Assembly: GCA_951406725.2 (NCBI GenBank)
Contig: OX597836.1
Coordinates: forward strand, 23,374,001-23,438,000
Source: Octopus vulgaris
Lineage: Eukaryota
DNA length: 64,000 bases
Reading direction: 5' to 3'
Part shown: positions 25,216-39,061 of the stretch, one piece after another
Layout: every line of letters begins with the position of its first letter
How positions within the stretch are numbered: the first letter of the stretch is position 1
Notes under the pieces: generated by a model
Told to the model about the DNA's origin: nothing
Databases searched by the model: none
Seen by the model: the letters and a program-made list of their open reading frames with translations, nothing else
Position numbers and translations under genes: made by a program

Positions 25216-25310
25216 ATATTGATAAAATACAATTCCCACCAAGTCTTTGGCTTAGTATAATGGCGGTTCTCCACCTCTTCCAAATTTGTAGCCTTGTAAC
25301 TATATTAGAA

Positions 25311-25355
<45 letters not shown>

Positions 25356-26212
25356 GACAGGCAGTGAAGGACATATTTGGAAGAGCGCCATTCTCTTTTT
25401 AACTTCGTCCTTTTTATGACTTTGCTTTCATCCCCTGGGTAACGAGAAAATACTACCGTTACATAATAGCAAATCGTATCAAAGGTTCGAAACTATATAG
25501 AACAACAATTATTTTCACTTCCAGTGGTCGCTCTCTAGTCTGTGACACGATTCTCCAAATAAAAAACAACTTTATTATTATCGGTGTAACAAAAAAAAAA
25601 AAAAAGCAAAAAAAAAAAAAAAACAAAATTCAATTCCCTTAACTTATTACAAAAGTAACTCATTAGATTACTGGTACCTATTTAATATAGGTTGAATGCT
25701 GAAGCCAACACTTTGAAAATGTCAAAGCTAAAAGCGAAAGGCTTTCAAGATTTCAATCTGTGCAGCAAAGACATTTTACGAGTTAGTGGCGAAGTCTTTA
25801 AAGAATTTAGGGTACATGATAGAATCTGTTTGAAGGATATGCTCAAATTTTAGAAAACTAAGGCGAAATGAGAATGGCTGAAATATTCTTAATACTTAAT
25901 TTCCTCTCAGAAAGAGAAAAATGTCGGAAAATTCGTTCCAATTTCCTAACTTTTTTTTTTTTCCAGAAATGAATTTATTATAGAAGTAATATTATTTAAG
26001 TGGTTTGGGGATTTTAATATTTTAGCGTTTAGTGTTTTCATTTTCATTATATTTCGATTTGCATAATTTCCGATAACCATAATGTGGCATATATATATTT
26101 TTTTAGAACACGACATGTATTGATTTCTTTGAATTAGGTTTTAATCGTTTTATCAATAACACCACAATATTTGTGCTGGGCTTGAAATAATAAGAAGCTT
26201 TACTGGTTCAAA

Positions 26213-26256
<44 letters not shown>

Positions 26257-26370
26257 CAGACACACACATAAAAAATACAACCAATAAAAGGTAGTTTTCG
26301 CGCGATGGATTGAAATTAGTTCTAAAACTCTGTCAAGAACTTTGCAGTGTCTACTACAGCAACAATAATC

Positions 26371-26601
26371 TATTTCTTTACTACCCACAAGGGGCTAAAC
26401 ACAGGGAGGACAAACAAGGACAGACAAATGGATTAAGTCGATTATATCGACCCCAGTGCATAACTGGTACTTATTTAACCGACACCGAAAGGATGAAAGG
26501 CAAAGTCGACCTCGGCGGAATTTGAACTCAGAACGTAACGGCAGACGAAATACGGCTACGCATTTCGCCCGGCGTGCTAACGTTTCTGCCAGCTCGCCGC
26601 C
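26371..26601 (-). mobile_element. SINE family B (tail type 1), full length
   Basis: Aligns to 24985-25215. Confidence 0.92.
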
Positions 26602-26991
26602 TTCTGCCAGCTCCATCCTTTATTACATTGGTTCGAGACTACACGCGCTTAGGGTAGAGAATTATGGATTGAATACTTCTCGTATATGATTGGTATTCAT
26701 TTTATTGAGCTAGAGATGGAGAAAATCACAGTCGACATCATTCAATTATGAACTAAGAACATAAAGAAGTAATGGCTAAATAATTACTACTATTATTATT
26801 ATTAGTGCAGCTTCAGAACCGCTGGAGCTTCTTCATAGATTGAGTTACATCCATGTTCTGAGTTGAACAACGTTGATTTTACCTTTTAGCTTTTAGGGTT
26901 AGATAAACTCAATATCAGTTGATATAATCCACTAACCTTGTATTACAAAGTTCTGGCCTTATGTCTAAATTTGATATAATGATATTTATTT

Positions 26992-27200
26992 GAGGTGGCG
27001 GAATCGTTAGAGCGTCAGAAAAAAGAAATCCTCACTCAGTTATGAATGACTCGTTACGTTGTGAGTGCGAATCCCCATCGAAGCCAGCTTTGTCTTTCAT
27101 CCTTTTCAGATTCATAAAATAAGGCAGCAGTCAAGTACTAGATCGATGGTATCGATTAAGCTACTCCCTCAAGTTTCAAACCTTGTACACATAGTACAAA
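26992..27200 (+). mobile_element. Old SINE family B copy
   Basis: GGCGGAATCGTTAGAGCGTC..TTTGTCTTTCATCCTTTT core. Confidence 0.55.
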
Positions 27201-27629
27201 ATTATTGTTCTGTATCAGGCAACAGAGGAGCGAAGACCATAATCTAAAAAAAATATTTTGTCTTAAACAAGTTCATTATTAATAGTGTCCACAGATAAAA
27301 AATAATCTTATGATTATATTTTATCTGTGAAAATTTTGTTTTTCTCGCAAATATGTCAGTGAAATACATACGTACTTATAATTTATAATAATAAGCAGCA
27401 GGAAGAAATATTTTAAATATGTTTAATTATAGGTTTACTGTAGCATACAAGGTTTCTTCCTAGGAAATATTCACAAATATTCAGAATTAGTTTCATAAAA
27501 TAACACATAGCATGTGAATGTTATAAAAGTAGCAGAATCGCAACTGAGATTGCTTCAGTTGCTTTCAACAGTTCAGGAAACTTTTTCCTGCTTCTGTACA
27601 TAAATATTAAAACCCACAAACATAAACAC

Positions 27630-27683
<54 letters not shown>

Positions 27684-27879
27684 CACACACACACACATAC
27701 AAACTCGCGTTTGTATGTGTGCGCGTGTACAGTATAGTTGTGCGTATCTACGTAAGTATATATATATATATATATATATACATACACACATGCACACACA
27801 CAAAATTTATTTACCAGGCCTACATAAACAGACGCGCACACACAAGTGTGTGTTTGTACAAATTTGTACACATAAGGTG

Positions 27880-28830
27880 CATTCATGAAGTTTTCAGACT
27901 TTCAGAAGGGACATTTATTAATTTGCAAAACTCTAATCTCCTTCAAAGTAGGATCATCTGACTTCAATGCACTTGTAGCGCTCCAGCCATTTTATGAAGG
28001 CCCCCCCTCCACCCCCCAGAGAAGTCCTCCAAAGTGAAGGTGTCCAGGATCATTTGTCACAGTCTCCTTCTCAATGTCTTCAAAACGACTTCCCTGACTT
28101 CTTCAAGTTTCGGGAGTAAAGTCACCGGGTTCAAGGTCTGGACCGTAGAGAAGTTGAGGGACAGATTTGATGACCAATTTCTGTCAAGTAGTTGGTTATC
28201 AGGATTCGCGTTACTGTGTACACTGGGAACAAACTTTGTACAAGTTTTGCCCATGTTCAAATCAGCATCAACAGTTCTGTGTACAGCTGTTGCAGCAACT
28301 CCGAACTGTATGCTTATGACCTTTATATATTTCTTTATTGCCCACAAGGGGCTAAACATAGAGGGGACAAACAAGGACAGACAAAGCGATGAAGTCGATT
28401 CCATCGATCCCAGTGCATAACTGGTACTTAATTTATCGACCCCGAAAGGATGAAAGGCAAAGTCAACCTCGGCGGAATTTGAACTCAGAACGTAACGGCA
28501 GACGAAATACGGCTACGCATTTCGCCCGGCCTGCTACTGTTTCTGCCAGCTCGCCGCTTATGACCTTTATAGATACACGACGGCCTTCATCCAGAAAACT
28601 GCAATTTTTTTTCAACCAGCTCTTATGTTCTGACGTTCCTCTCCCTCATACACTTCTCATCATCTCTCACTTCCTCTCTGCCATCCGCGAACCTCATATG
28701 CTAGCGAAAGCGTTAACCCAAAAGCAGTCTGGAGCATTTCATAAGTTTCTTTACTATATTTTCCATTTTCATACAAAGCTTTATTGCATAGCGCGCTTCC
28801 TCCAAACGTCCCGACTGCATTCTGCAAACT
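27880..28830 (-). mobile_element. Degraded mariner element interrupted by a SINE
   Basis: Minus strand gives DLNMGKTCTKFVP (the WVPHEL-equivalent region) and C-terminal AFIKWLERYKCIEV..SYFEGD*. Confidence 0.7.
28328..28557 (-). mobile_element. SINE family B (tail type 1) nested in the mariner remnant
   Basis: TSD GCTTATGACCTTTATA (28312-28327 and 28556-28571). Confidence 0.93.
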
Positions 28831-29043
28831 AATCATCTGTGACTAGTTTGGATGTATTCAAAATGCTGATACAGGCGTCTCCTTCAATCTGGAATAACAA
28901 ATGTTGCGAGGTTAGTTTATTAGATGTATTGATATACTAAAATTTAAAACAACTAGGACTGTCATAACTGCCTCGCCTAAATAAGTCTCAAAACTTCTTA
29001 TGAGTACGAATACATTACAAACATATATACACACATACACACA

Positions 29044-29114
<71 letters not shown>

Positions 29115-29116
29115 GT

Positions 29117-29275
29117 GGAGGTGCATTGGCCCAGTGGTTAGGGCAGCGGACTCGCGATTGTAGGATCGCAGTTTCAATTCCCTCGAGGCTGCGGCAGGGG
29201 GTGGTGGTGATCCCTGCTGTGCTCTTTCGCCACAACTTTCTCTCACCCTTTCTTCTGTGGGGTGGCGTCATTTGA
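29117..29275 (+). mobile_element. Third tRNA-derived SINE (family C) head and body
   Basis: A-box-like TGGCCCAGTGG and B-box-like GTTTCAATTCC at tRNA spacing; no complete acceptor stem. Confidence 0.65.
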
Positions 29276-29289
29276 AGGTGAGAATGTGT

Positions 29290-29505
29290 GTGTGTTTATA
29301 TGTGTGTGTTTTTTCCTCGTCACTTGGCAACTGGTGCTGGTTTGTTTATGACATCGTAGCCAAGGGATTCAGCAAAAAAAAGCCCGATAGAGTAAGTACT
29401 ATGCTTAAGTAATAAGTAGTGGGGTCGATTAAACCCGTCAAGGTCTGCCCCAGTATGGCCACAGTCCTATGGCTGAAACAAGGTAAAGATAAAAACGATA
29501 AAAGA
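29290..29505 (+). mobile_element. Diverged 3' half of SINE family A
   Basis: CTGGTGCTGGTTTGTTTA..CCGATAGAGTAAGTACT..CCCCAGTATGGCCACAG..GGCTGAAACAAG. Confidence 0.7.
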
Positions 29506-30166
29506 TATATTGATTAAGAAGCAGTCAAGTTAGTGGGGCGATATAATCGACTGGCACCCTTCTACCATTATTGCAGTCCCATATTGTATACGCTACACAT
29601 CCAAATCGAACTGGTCCGGAGCCAGTTTCAGTAACATATCAGCATTTCGTTTGAGGAGTGATCGTTACACGCTCGCCCAAACCTTCTCCGATTCTAGATT
29701 CTAGGACGGTCTGGGCGGTTTCTGCAGATCCCCTTGCTGAATAATGTGTTCCATTCAAAGAACGTGTGGTGTAGTGCGAGTGTGTGTGTGTGTATGTGAG
29801 TGTGGGTGGGTGCGTGTGTGTGTGTGAGAGAAAATTAACTGTTTATCCATCAATCTTGATTCATAGTTTGAAAGAATCATAAACATACAACTAAACACGC
29901 ACGCACACATGCACACATACACACACATGCACTGTGTGAACTGACCAAAAGTTACATAGAGGTATTGGTTCATAGTTCAATAGACTGACGTTCAGATAGA
30001 ATGAGGACTGTATTTCGCTCTCCCTCACTATATGTATATATATATATTGTAGATTTTACAGCGACACCACCCCAATTATGACGGTATTGGTATCGCCTAT
30101 TTTGGAGTAATGGCTGTAAAACATTAGTTATTTTTGGTGTACACGCGCACACACGCTCGTGTGTGC

Positions 30167-30210
<44 letters not shown>

Positions 30211-30253
30211 GTGTTTATATATGTATATGTGTTTATATATATGCATATATATA

Positions 30254-30330
<77 letters not shown>

Positions 30331-30756
30331 GCATACACACACATTGTTTCCTAAAAATGTATGAGTGAGGAACAACTACAACCTTAGACAAATAAATCAC
30401 TTTGGGAAAAAACATACAAAACTAAACCTAAACAAAAAAAAAACAAGACAAAAAAGATTCTGCAATGAAAATAAATACATCAAAGGAAAAAAAAATAAAA
30501 GAGAATCTAACGTTTCGGGTTAAATTCTTTATCAAAGAAACTTAAAACAAACAAAAGGCGGGCAAATGCTGCATCATTTCGCTTTGCTTTTTATTTCGCC
30601 CATTTATTTTCATTGTAGACACCTGTTGATTCTTATTGTTTCGTTTATTTTTCAACACTTTTCCCACTACGTGTTTTACCTGTGTAGCTTTATATGTTAC
30701 TTATTTATTTTTCTTCTCATTATCCTTTCATCTCCCCCGTTTTACTTGTGTTTTTT

Positions 30757-30892
30757 TATCTATATATATAATGTATGTATCTATATATTTATTTATATAT
30801 ATAATGTATGTATCTATATATTTATTTATATATATAATGTATGTATCTACATATTTATTTATATATATAATGTATGTATCTATATATATAAT
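30757..30892. repeat. 33-bp AT-rich minisatellite, about 4 copies
   Basis: Unit TATATATATAATGTATGTATCTATATATTTATT repeated. Confidence 0.85.
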
Positions 30893-32109
30893 ATACGTAT
30901 ATGCGTCTGTGCGTGTTTTTGTGTTTGCATGTGTATTTTTGGCGCACAAAGACCTGCATTTGCTCATGACCGTAATTGGAGCTCGTATCCATAGAACTCG
31001 GCTTCCTGCTTAAATTTATTGATATTAGTTGACCTAACAGTGTCAAAGATGACGCACACAACATAAAAATAGATAGATAAATAGATAGATAGATAGATAG
31101 ATAGAGAGAGAGTGTGCGTGTGTGTGTAACTCGATATGGCAAAACTTTTCACTAGGACCAGGACGAGGGATAGAACAGTAAAGCACAGTGATTTCAGAAT
31201 GTGGTGGGTGCGGGGAGGAGTTATATACAAAAGAAAGTGATGCAAAGAATATGATGTTTCAGAGACATTCACAAATATTTTCGAACATATCATACTTGGA
31301 TTTTCCAGTTTCGTTTATTGTTCTTGGAAAACTGGAGTTTAATCGAGTTTTTGCGACCCGACAATGACTTTCGGCTGTTTTGTAATCCTCAATGAATAAC
31401 CAAGTAGGGTCATGCGAGTTAAAAACACTTCAATTGGGTCAACCACCAGATAATACGATACTAATGTCGTTCATTCACCGCTTGATTTATAATCATGTTT
31501 CTACAAATTTTATTTACTATGAATGCTATTTATTGAAGAATTTTATGACACAATTAAAAAACAAAAACAAAAATATATTGACATCTGAACTTTGGTACTC
31601 TTTTAATTCATTGAAATGGAATTGATAACTTGAATATTTATAACTCCTTTGACATCGGCTGTTTGTAAACCGTCATTTCAACTGGTCACGAAAGCGGAAG
31701 CTTTCAGAATTACTTGAATTATATCAAATCATTGTTCAATTTCGTGTTTTTACTAATCTTATTACACAAAATCGCTAAAGATCTTATGCAATCACTCGCT
31801 CAGTTTTGTACAAATTTCATGAAAACCAATTATTGAATTATCTGTTATACCATCGCTTTTGCAGCAATCAAGTATATTCGCCAGTTAAGCTAAAATGGCT
31901 TTTGAAAAGAAGTAGGTGGGATATTCAAAATTATGAAACGTCTTTGATTGATGATGTGGCGGATTATGTTGGGATTTTTTCGTGAAGCATCAAGTATTTT
32001 GGTAGATGTCCGAAACTTCAGTTAAGTCCCGATGTTTTGTTCAGAATAGGAGTTGGATGGCTGATGATATGGATCTTCCTTCAAGGCAGAAGTCGCAAAT
32101 ATTTTGATA

Positions 32110-32270
32110 TATTCTTAAACTCTGATGCTTCTATCTATTATTGTCTATGTAATACTTCTTGCAGTCTTCGATTTCGAAATGATAGTAATAAGTCTTTTTT
32201 GTGGCGGTGGTGAAACGAGCCGTTGAATTTTTGAATATGTTCTCTGTATGGTAGGGTACATAAACGCTGT
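32110..32270 (-). pseudogene. Possible degraded Penelope-like GIY-YIG fragment (second element)
   Basis: Minus strand reads YVPYH..YYYHFEIEDCKKYYIDNNR, resembling the PY..VYxIxCxxCxxxYIG pattern. Confidence 0.35.
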
Positions 32271-32387
32271 CTATACTTTTTCACTGTAGACAACTGAAAA
32301 TATTGCCTTGAGGCAGTGAATATTGATTCACACGTGCTGGTCTTTACGTCAACATAAAGAAAAAAATATTTATAAATTCAAATATTA

Positions 32388-32590
32388 ACTGTAAAAGCAG
32401 AAAACGGATTTACTGTATAATAATGGCCAAATTGTGAAGAAATAGATATTGGCTAAATTGGAAATTCATTATCAGAGCGTGTGCGTATACATCAACAGCA
32501 AATTAGAGGCCCTAATATCAGAGAGATCCTTCTAAGTGGTCATTGGTAAACATGCAGCAATACTTTTTTAACATTCCCGTTTTATATAGT
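32388..32590 (+). pseudogene. Penelope-like element GIY-YIG endonuclease relic
   Basis: CKSRKRIYCII, then a frameshift, then PNCEEIDIG*IGNSLSERVRIHQQQIRGP..SGHW*TC. This matches the PLE pattern CxSxNxIYxIxCxxCxxxYIGQTxxxLxxRxxxH..H..C. Confidence 0.7.
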
Positions 32591-32723
32591 TATAGAAATA
32601 TCTTCAAAACTTTGTCAATACTGAATGTTACGTTTGATAATTCGATTTCTTTCCAACTAAATTTGCAATATTGACGTTGCATATATCCTGTTCGCTACTT
32701 TACCAAAATTTCTTTCCTCTCCC

Positions 32724-32725
<2 letters not shown>

Positions 32726-32754
<29 letters not shown>

Positions 32755-32924
32755 CGTATGTGGATATGTATATATGTGTGTGGATATGTATATATGTGTG
32801 TGTGTATATGTGTGTATGTATGTGTGTGTATATATGTATGTGTGTATATGCGTGTATGTATGTGTCTATGTATATATGTGTGTGTGTGCATGTATATGTG
32901 TCGGTGTGCATCCGTATATTCATG

Positions 32925-32978
<54 letters not shown>

Positions 32979-33006
32979 TGTATGTATGTATGTATGTATG
33001 TATGTA

Positions 33007-33071
<65 letters not shown>
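32726..33071. repeat. Compound (TA)/(TATG)/(TG) microsatellite block
   Basis: Directly visible. Confidence 0.9.
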
Positions 33072-33072
<1 letters not shown>

Positions 33073-34195
33073 TATAATTTTACTCACGATTTACTGGAAA
33101 CTGCGTAGTGGAATCGAACACGGAAATATGTCATTGCCACTTTGTTTATATTTACACTGACCAAAACATCCGTATGGTTATATCTCTGCGCGTTTCGTAA
33201 ACCTGTGGTTTGACAAATAGTGATCGATAAAATGAGTACCAGGTCATTGTCTCTCTTTTAGCTTTCCCGGAAAGAAAACGCTTGAACAGCTTTTACTGTC
33301 ACATGTGCCATAGCTGAGACTTCAGCCTTGGACGTTGAGTTTTAAGACCTTCCTCTCCACCCTGTCTACGGGACGCAGTTTTGGTATTGTTGGCCTTACA
33401 GGGTCATGAGAGCTTGTATATCCATAGTGACCCTATCCGACCATTTATTACAAAAAGTTAGTTGGTACTGGCCTCCTGACCATCTTATGACCACGAACCA
33501 GACGTAGACCTCGTCACCGATGTCCCTTTGCATTTCTCTCGAACAGGTTTATGAGCAGCTGTGTCCCCAACATGTTGCACCTGTACTTTTGCGCCTCCTA
33601 TATTTTAAAGATGTCACATATGGTACTACACACACCCTCTCTCCTAACAGTTGTTCACTTAAAGTATCTACTTGAGTGGTCTGTAAATTTTTCTTGGATG
33701 GAAAATTTCTGTGGCCTTGGCAAGGAATATTACTGTCTTTCTCTTGTACGATCCTGCAACAGAACGTGGGAGGTGGCGCTTGTCATATGAAGAAAATATA
33801 GTGACGTTTTTTCCTTCTTTCAGCAAAATGTTTCATATACAGAATTGTGAACAACAGCATTTTATTAGTGTTCCTCACACTTCTGTTTGATAAACAACGT
33901 CCATGCGCATCGTAATAGTTGTTGTCAAACATCTCTTAAGCTGTTTGGTTTTGTTGAAATATCATGGCTTACTCTTACTTTTCTGTTTGTGTGTTCTTTA
34001 ATATTTTTAAGTATTTTTTTTTTCTCTTTTTCTTTTGCTGTTCAATTAGATTTTATTTGGCGCAAAAATGGCGTATAGTTCGGAAGTAACTTATAAGGGG
34101 AAATATAATATAAAAAAAGGCCCCGAAGTTTCGTACAAAACCGTTTATTCAGTAGTAGTACCTGTATGAAATAATATCTAAATATAACTTATTCC

Positions 34196-34605
34196 GGATC
34201 TTTTCGGTTTGAACGGCAGTTTTTTCTAGTGGTGTCATATGAAATTGTCACCCATAATTATGACCCTAGTATCGATCTATTGCATTTCAATCTGTTTTAG
34301 GGTTAGGGGTGGGGTGAAGGGTATCTTTTTTTCTTCAGAAATGTAAATAAACCCAATCTGTTTCTTAAACGAGGGACATATTCGTGCGGCACAGAATGTT
34401 TTCACCTCAATAGACGTCATTGATTGGTTGAAATTGCAGAATTTGAAGAAAAAAAACAACAAATATCTTACAAACTATAGAATTTTCTCAATAAAGCCAA
34501 GAGAAAAATATGTTTTATAGACACATTCTACCAGTATACGAAGTTTAAAAGTGTTTAGTTACGTGGAAATTATGTTAAAAACTGCCGGTCAAACCGAAAA
34601 GATCC
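34196..34605 (+). mobile_element. MITE (410 bp) with ~28-bp TIRs and 8-bp TSD
   Basis: TIR GGATCTTTTCGGTTTGA(A/C)CGGCAGTTTTT at both ends; exact TSD CTTATTCC (34188-34195 and 34606-34613). Confidence 0.92.
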
Positions 34606-35004
34606 CTTATTCCTTCTGCTATAACTGGAAGACACTGATAATTCTTGGAGCAAAATCTTAAGTACGTCTGAACAAGTTCAGCAGAAGAATTTATTATTTG
34701 CTAAAGAGGCGTCACCCGTAGGGGAGACTACAAGACAGGTTGCACGAAGTGTGTGTGTGTGGTGGCGGTGGTGGTGGAGAATTACACAAAAAGTCGAATG
34801 AGGAAAAGTAACTGAAATAATGAAATTCTCCCTCTGTGTGTGAATAAATTTTGATAATTGAGCATAGAGTTAGTCACAGTTTCTGTTACAACAGTGAGAT
34901 TGAGTGAATGTTTATAACAAATAAGTGAGCAGGTACAGAAATATAATGAAAGATATGTTATCTGAGTTTAGATATCACTTGACTAGCAAAAGTTGTGGTA
35001 AACA

Positions 35005-35061
<57 letters not shown>

Positions 35062-35899
35062 AATATGCTAATCTTTAAAGGTATTTTTTGATATGCTGAC
35101 CATTGATAAAATTTTTTTCCCGAAAAAAATTTTATCCTATATTAGTTTTATATATATATATATATATGAATGAATATGTGTGTGTATATATATATATATT
35201 ATTATTATTATTATTATATGTAGAAAAATACAAACTGGGACAAGACGTAAAACATTTAGAAGACGATACAAAAAACAATATATATATATATGAATGAATA
35301 TGTATATATATATATATATATATGAATGAATATATACAAACATACGCGCGTGGCCCACACGCACATATATTTGTGTGTGTAGGCATCAATGTCTCGCGTG
35401 AACTGTTGCCCTTTATGCTGTAAACTTATACATTTATGTATTTTCATTGTAGTTTGGTGAGCTACAATTTGCCATTATTTATGTATTTAAACATAGTCTG
35501 TTTGTGTGTGCCTATGTTTTACGTATATATATATATGATTAGGTTTATTTGGTGCATGTACATATATTTGAACTGTAATCTCAGGAAAAAATTGCAGAAT
35601 TAAATGATTGCGATAAGAAACTCACCTCGAAGTATTTAACTCTACTGGCGAAACAACTTTTAGATACTCATTAACTGGACTTGGATTTCGTTTTTTTTTT
35701 TGTCTTACAATTTTCCCGAAATAACTTATTGACGTGTTATTGGGCCTCTTAACCACTAATCTTCTATTTCACTTCGTTTCATTATTTTCCTTGGAAATGT
35801 CCATGGATTATTAACTTTCTCCATCGTACAGTTGGCAAATTCTCAGATTAATCACTGTCTTCTGATCGATATATCAACCTTCATGCTAATCCTCACCGT

Positions 35900-36526
<627 letters not shown>

Positions 36527-36767
36527 ACAATTGCAGCGGGAAAGGTGTTTATAAGCCATTCAAGAAACACACAAAAACCGTTAGATTCACTTCAAAATTT
36601 AAATTTAATTTGCCAAAATATTTTCGTCGCTTTAAGACCGCGACCTGTTTACTGACAACATTTAAATGTTGAAGTGAATGGCTTATAAACCACTTTTCAC
36701 GCTGCAATTATTTTCATTCCAGCACACGATCTCAGATCAGGTCACTTGCTATGCAAGTACGTCACTG

Positions 36768-36770
<3 letters not shown>
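36527..36770. mobile_element. Short element with nested inverted repeats and a hammerhead-like core (Penelope pLTR-like)
   Basis: TTGCAGCGGGAAAGGTGTTTATAAGCCATTCA is inverted against TGAATGGCTTATAAACCACTTTTCACGCTGCAA. The minus strand has GTCGC-loop-GCGAC-GAAA-ATAT-TT at 36612-36656. Confidence 0.55.
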
Positions 36771-36798
<28 letters not shown>

Positions 36799-36852
36799 CG
36801 TTTATATATTTATTGTGCAAGACCATTTATGTGAAACTGTATGTTGAAACAG

Positions 36853-37056
36853 ATATTGTTATATTTCAGAATGGTCATTTTGCCAGTTTAGCCAATAAAA
36901 AAGAACGCTGATGGTAGATATTAAAAACAAAATACACAAAGTGCTAAGCGAGCAAGAAAAACGTAAACGTATATTTTTAAGAGAAATTAAAAACAATAGT
37001 GCGTGTGTTTTTCATTGGCTAAACTGGCAAAATGATCATTCCGAAACACAACAATA
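36853..37056. repeat. ~50-bp inverted repeat pair around a ~105-bp spacer
   Basis: ATATTGTTATATTTCAGAATGGTCATTTTGCCAGTTTAGCCAATAAAAA and TTTTTCATTGGCTAAACTGGCAAAATGATCATTCCGAAACACAACAATAT. Confidence 0.85.
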
Positions 37057-37077
37057 TATATATATGTATATATACAT

Positions 37078-37147
<70 letters not shown>

Positions 37148-37153
37148 ATAGAC

Positions 37154-37199
<46 letters not shown>

Positions 37200-37200
37200 C

Positions 37201-37232
<32 letters not shown>

Positions 37233-37236
37233 ATAT

Positions 37237-37250
37237 AGAAGAAGGCCGTC

Positions 37251-37285
<35 letters not shown>

Positions 37286-37512
37286 TGTATGTATGTATGT
37301 GTGTGTGTGCGTGTGTATGTATATGTTTGTGTGTCTGTGTTTGTCTCCCCAACATCGCTTGACAACCGATGCTGGTGTGTTTACGTCCCCGCATCTTACC
37401 GGTTCAGCAAAAGCGACCGATAGAATAAGTACTGGGGTCGATTTTCTCGACTAAAGGCGGTGCTTTAGCATGGCCGCAGTCAAATCGTGTAAACAAGTAA
37501 AAGAGTAAAGAG
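37237..37512 (+). mobile_element. SINE family A, 3' half
   Basis: Aligns to the 3' part of 43629-44033. Confidence 0.88.
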
Positions 37513-37514
37513 AA

Positions 37515-37608
37515 TGTATATATACATATATATATGAATATATATATGTATATATACATATATATATATATACATGTATATGTATATATAAATGTATATA
37601 TACATATA

Positions 37609-37640
<32 letters not shown>

Positions 37641-37731
37641 AATGTATATATATAAATGTGTATATACATACACACACATATATATATATAAATATATATA
37701 AATGTATATTACATACATACATATATATATG

Positions 37732-37768
<37 letters not shown>

Positions 37769-37807
37769 ATATATACATATATATGTATATATATATACTT
37801 ATAAATG

Positions 37808-37842
<35 letters not shown>

Positions 37843-37998
37843 AAATATATATAAATGTATATATACACACATATATATAAATATATGTATATATGTATAT
37901 ATATACATACATACATATATATACCTATAGATATTCATACATACATATATATATATATATGTATACATATATATATATATGTATACATACATATATAC

Positions 37999-38041
<43 letters not shown>

Positions 38042-38086
38042 CATATATACATATATATATATACGCATATATATATATATATACCA

Positions 38087-38119
<33 letters not shown>

Positions 38120-38152
38120 TATATATGTATATACATACATACATACATGCAT

Positions 38153-38219
<67 letters not shown>

Positions 38220-38228
38220 CATATATAT
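37515..38228. repeat. Long degenerate (TA)/(TACA) low-complexity tract
   Basis: Directly visible. Confidence 0.92.
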
Positions 38229-38505
38229 TAAATGGAGTTGCATGAAACGATCGTACTGCATTACCTCTTGATATCCTTGTTGCTTATTTTGATACATGTA
38301 TATGAATGAGTGAACACACGTATGTTATGTGTAGTCACATAAGAGCGTACACACGTAGAAATCTTGAAAGAGAGAAAGATAAACTGAAACAATGGTTTGG
38401 TGGTGAGGAAATGTCAATGTATGTTTGCAACAGACCGAATAATACAACTAGAAGTTCTGAGAAGAGGGAGAGAGAGGGGGAGGGGGAGAGAGAGAGAGAG
38501 GGAGG

Positions 38506-38536
<31 letters not shown>

Positions 38537-38985
38537 TGAGGTGTTTCGTAAAGTGCGTTTATAAATAAAACTCACATACACACTGTAAAATATGTGCGCG
38601 CGTGCGTATGTGCGCGCGTGTGTATGTGAGCGCATGCATGTGTGTGAGTGTGAGTGTGTGTGAGTGTGCAAAAGAAGAAAGAGGTAAATGAACGTTGATG
38701 GAGAGACGCAGAGATATAAATTGACGTGTAGAAAGAAGGAAGGGAGGAGAGAGGGAGTTAAGAGAGAGAAAGAGAGAGGTGGAGATGAGAAAGCAGGAGG
38801 TAGGAAGAGGAGGAGGGGAAGTGATAAATCAGTAGTAAAGAGTGTTCGTGATAGAGATTGTCATAATTAGAGATAAAGGTCGCCATTAAAGAATAGTAAA
38901 TCGAATGGAGAGAGAAAGAGAAAATAGAAACGAAACGACTAAAAAAACATTTGTACAAAACTGAACACCGTCAAGTACAGGAGTT

Positions 38986-39024
<39 letters not shown>

Positions 39025-39030
39025 AGCTAC

Positions 39031-39061
<31 letters not shown>

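Noticed and set aside
29117-29190. Possible tRNA gene
   Set aside because: A/B-box-like motifs are present, but there is no paired acceptor stem and it runs into repeat body sequence, so it is treated as a SINE head.
33290-33790. Possible LINE endonuclease or 5' fragment
   Set aside because: The block is GC-richer than its neighbours, but I could not read a diagnostic motif with confidence.
34297-34316. Interstitial telomere
   Set aside because: Only two TTAGGG units, internal to a MITE and present in both of its copies.
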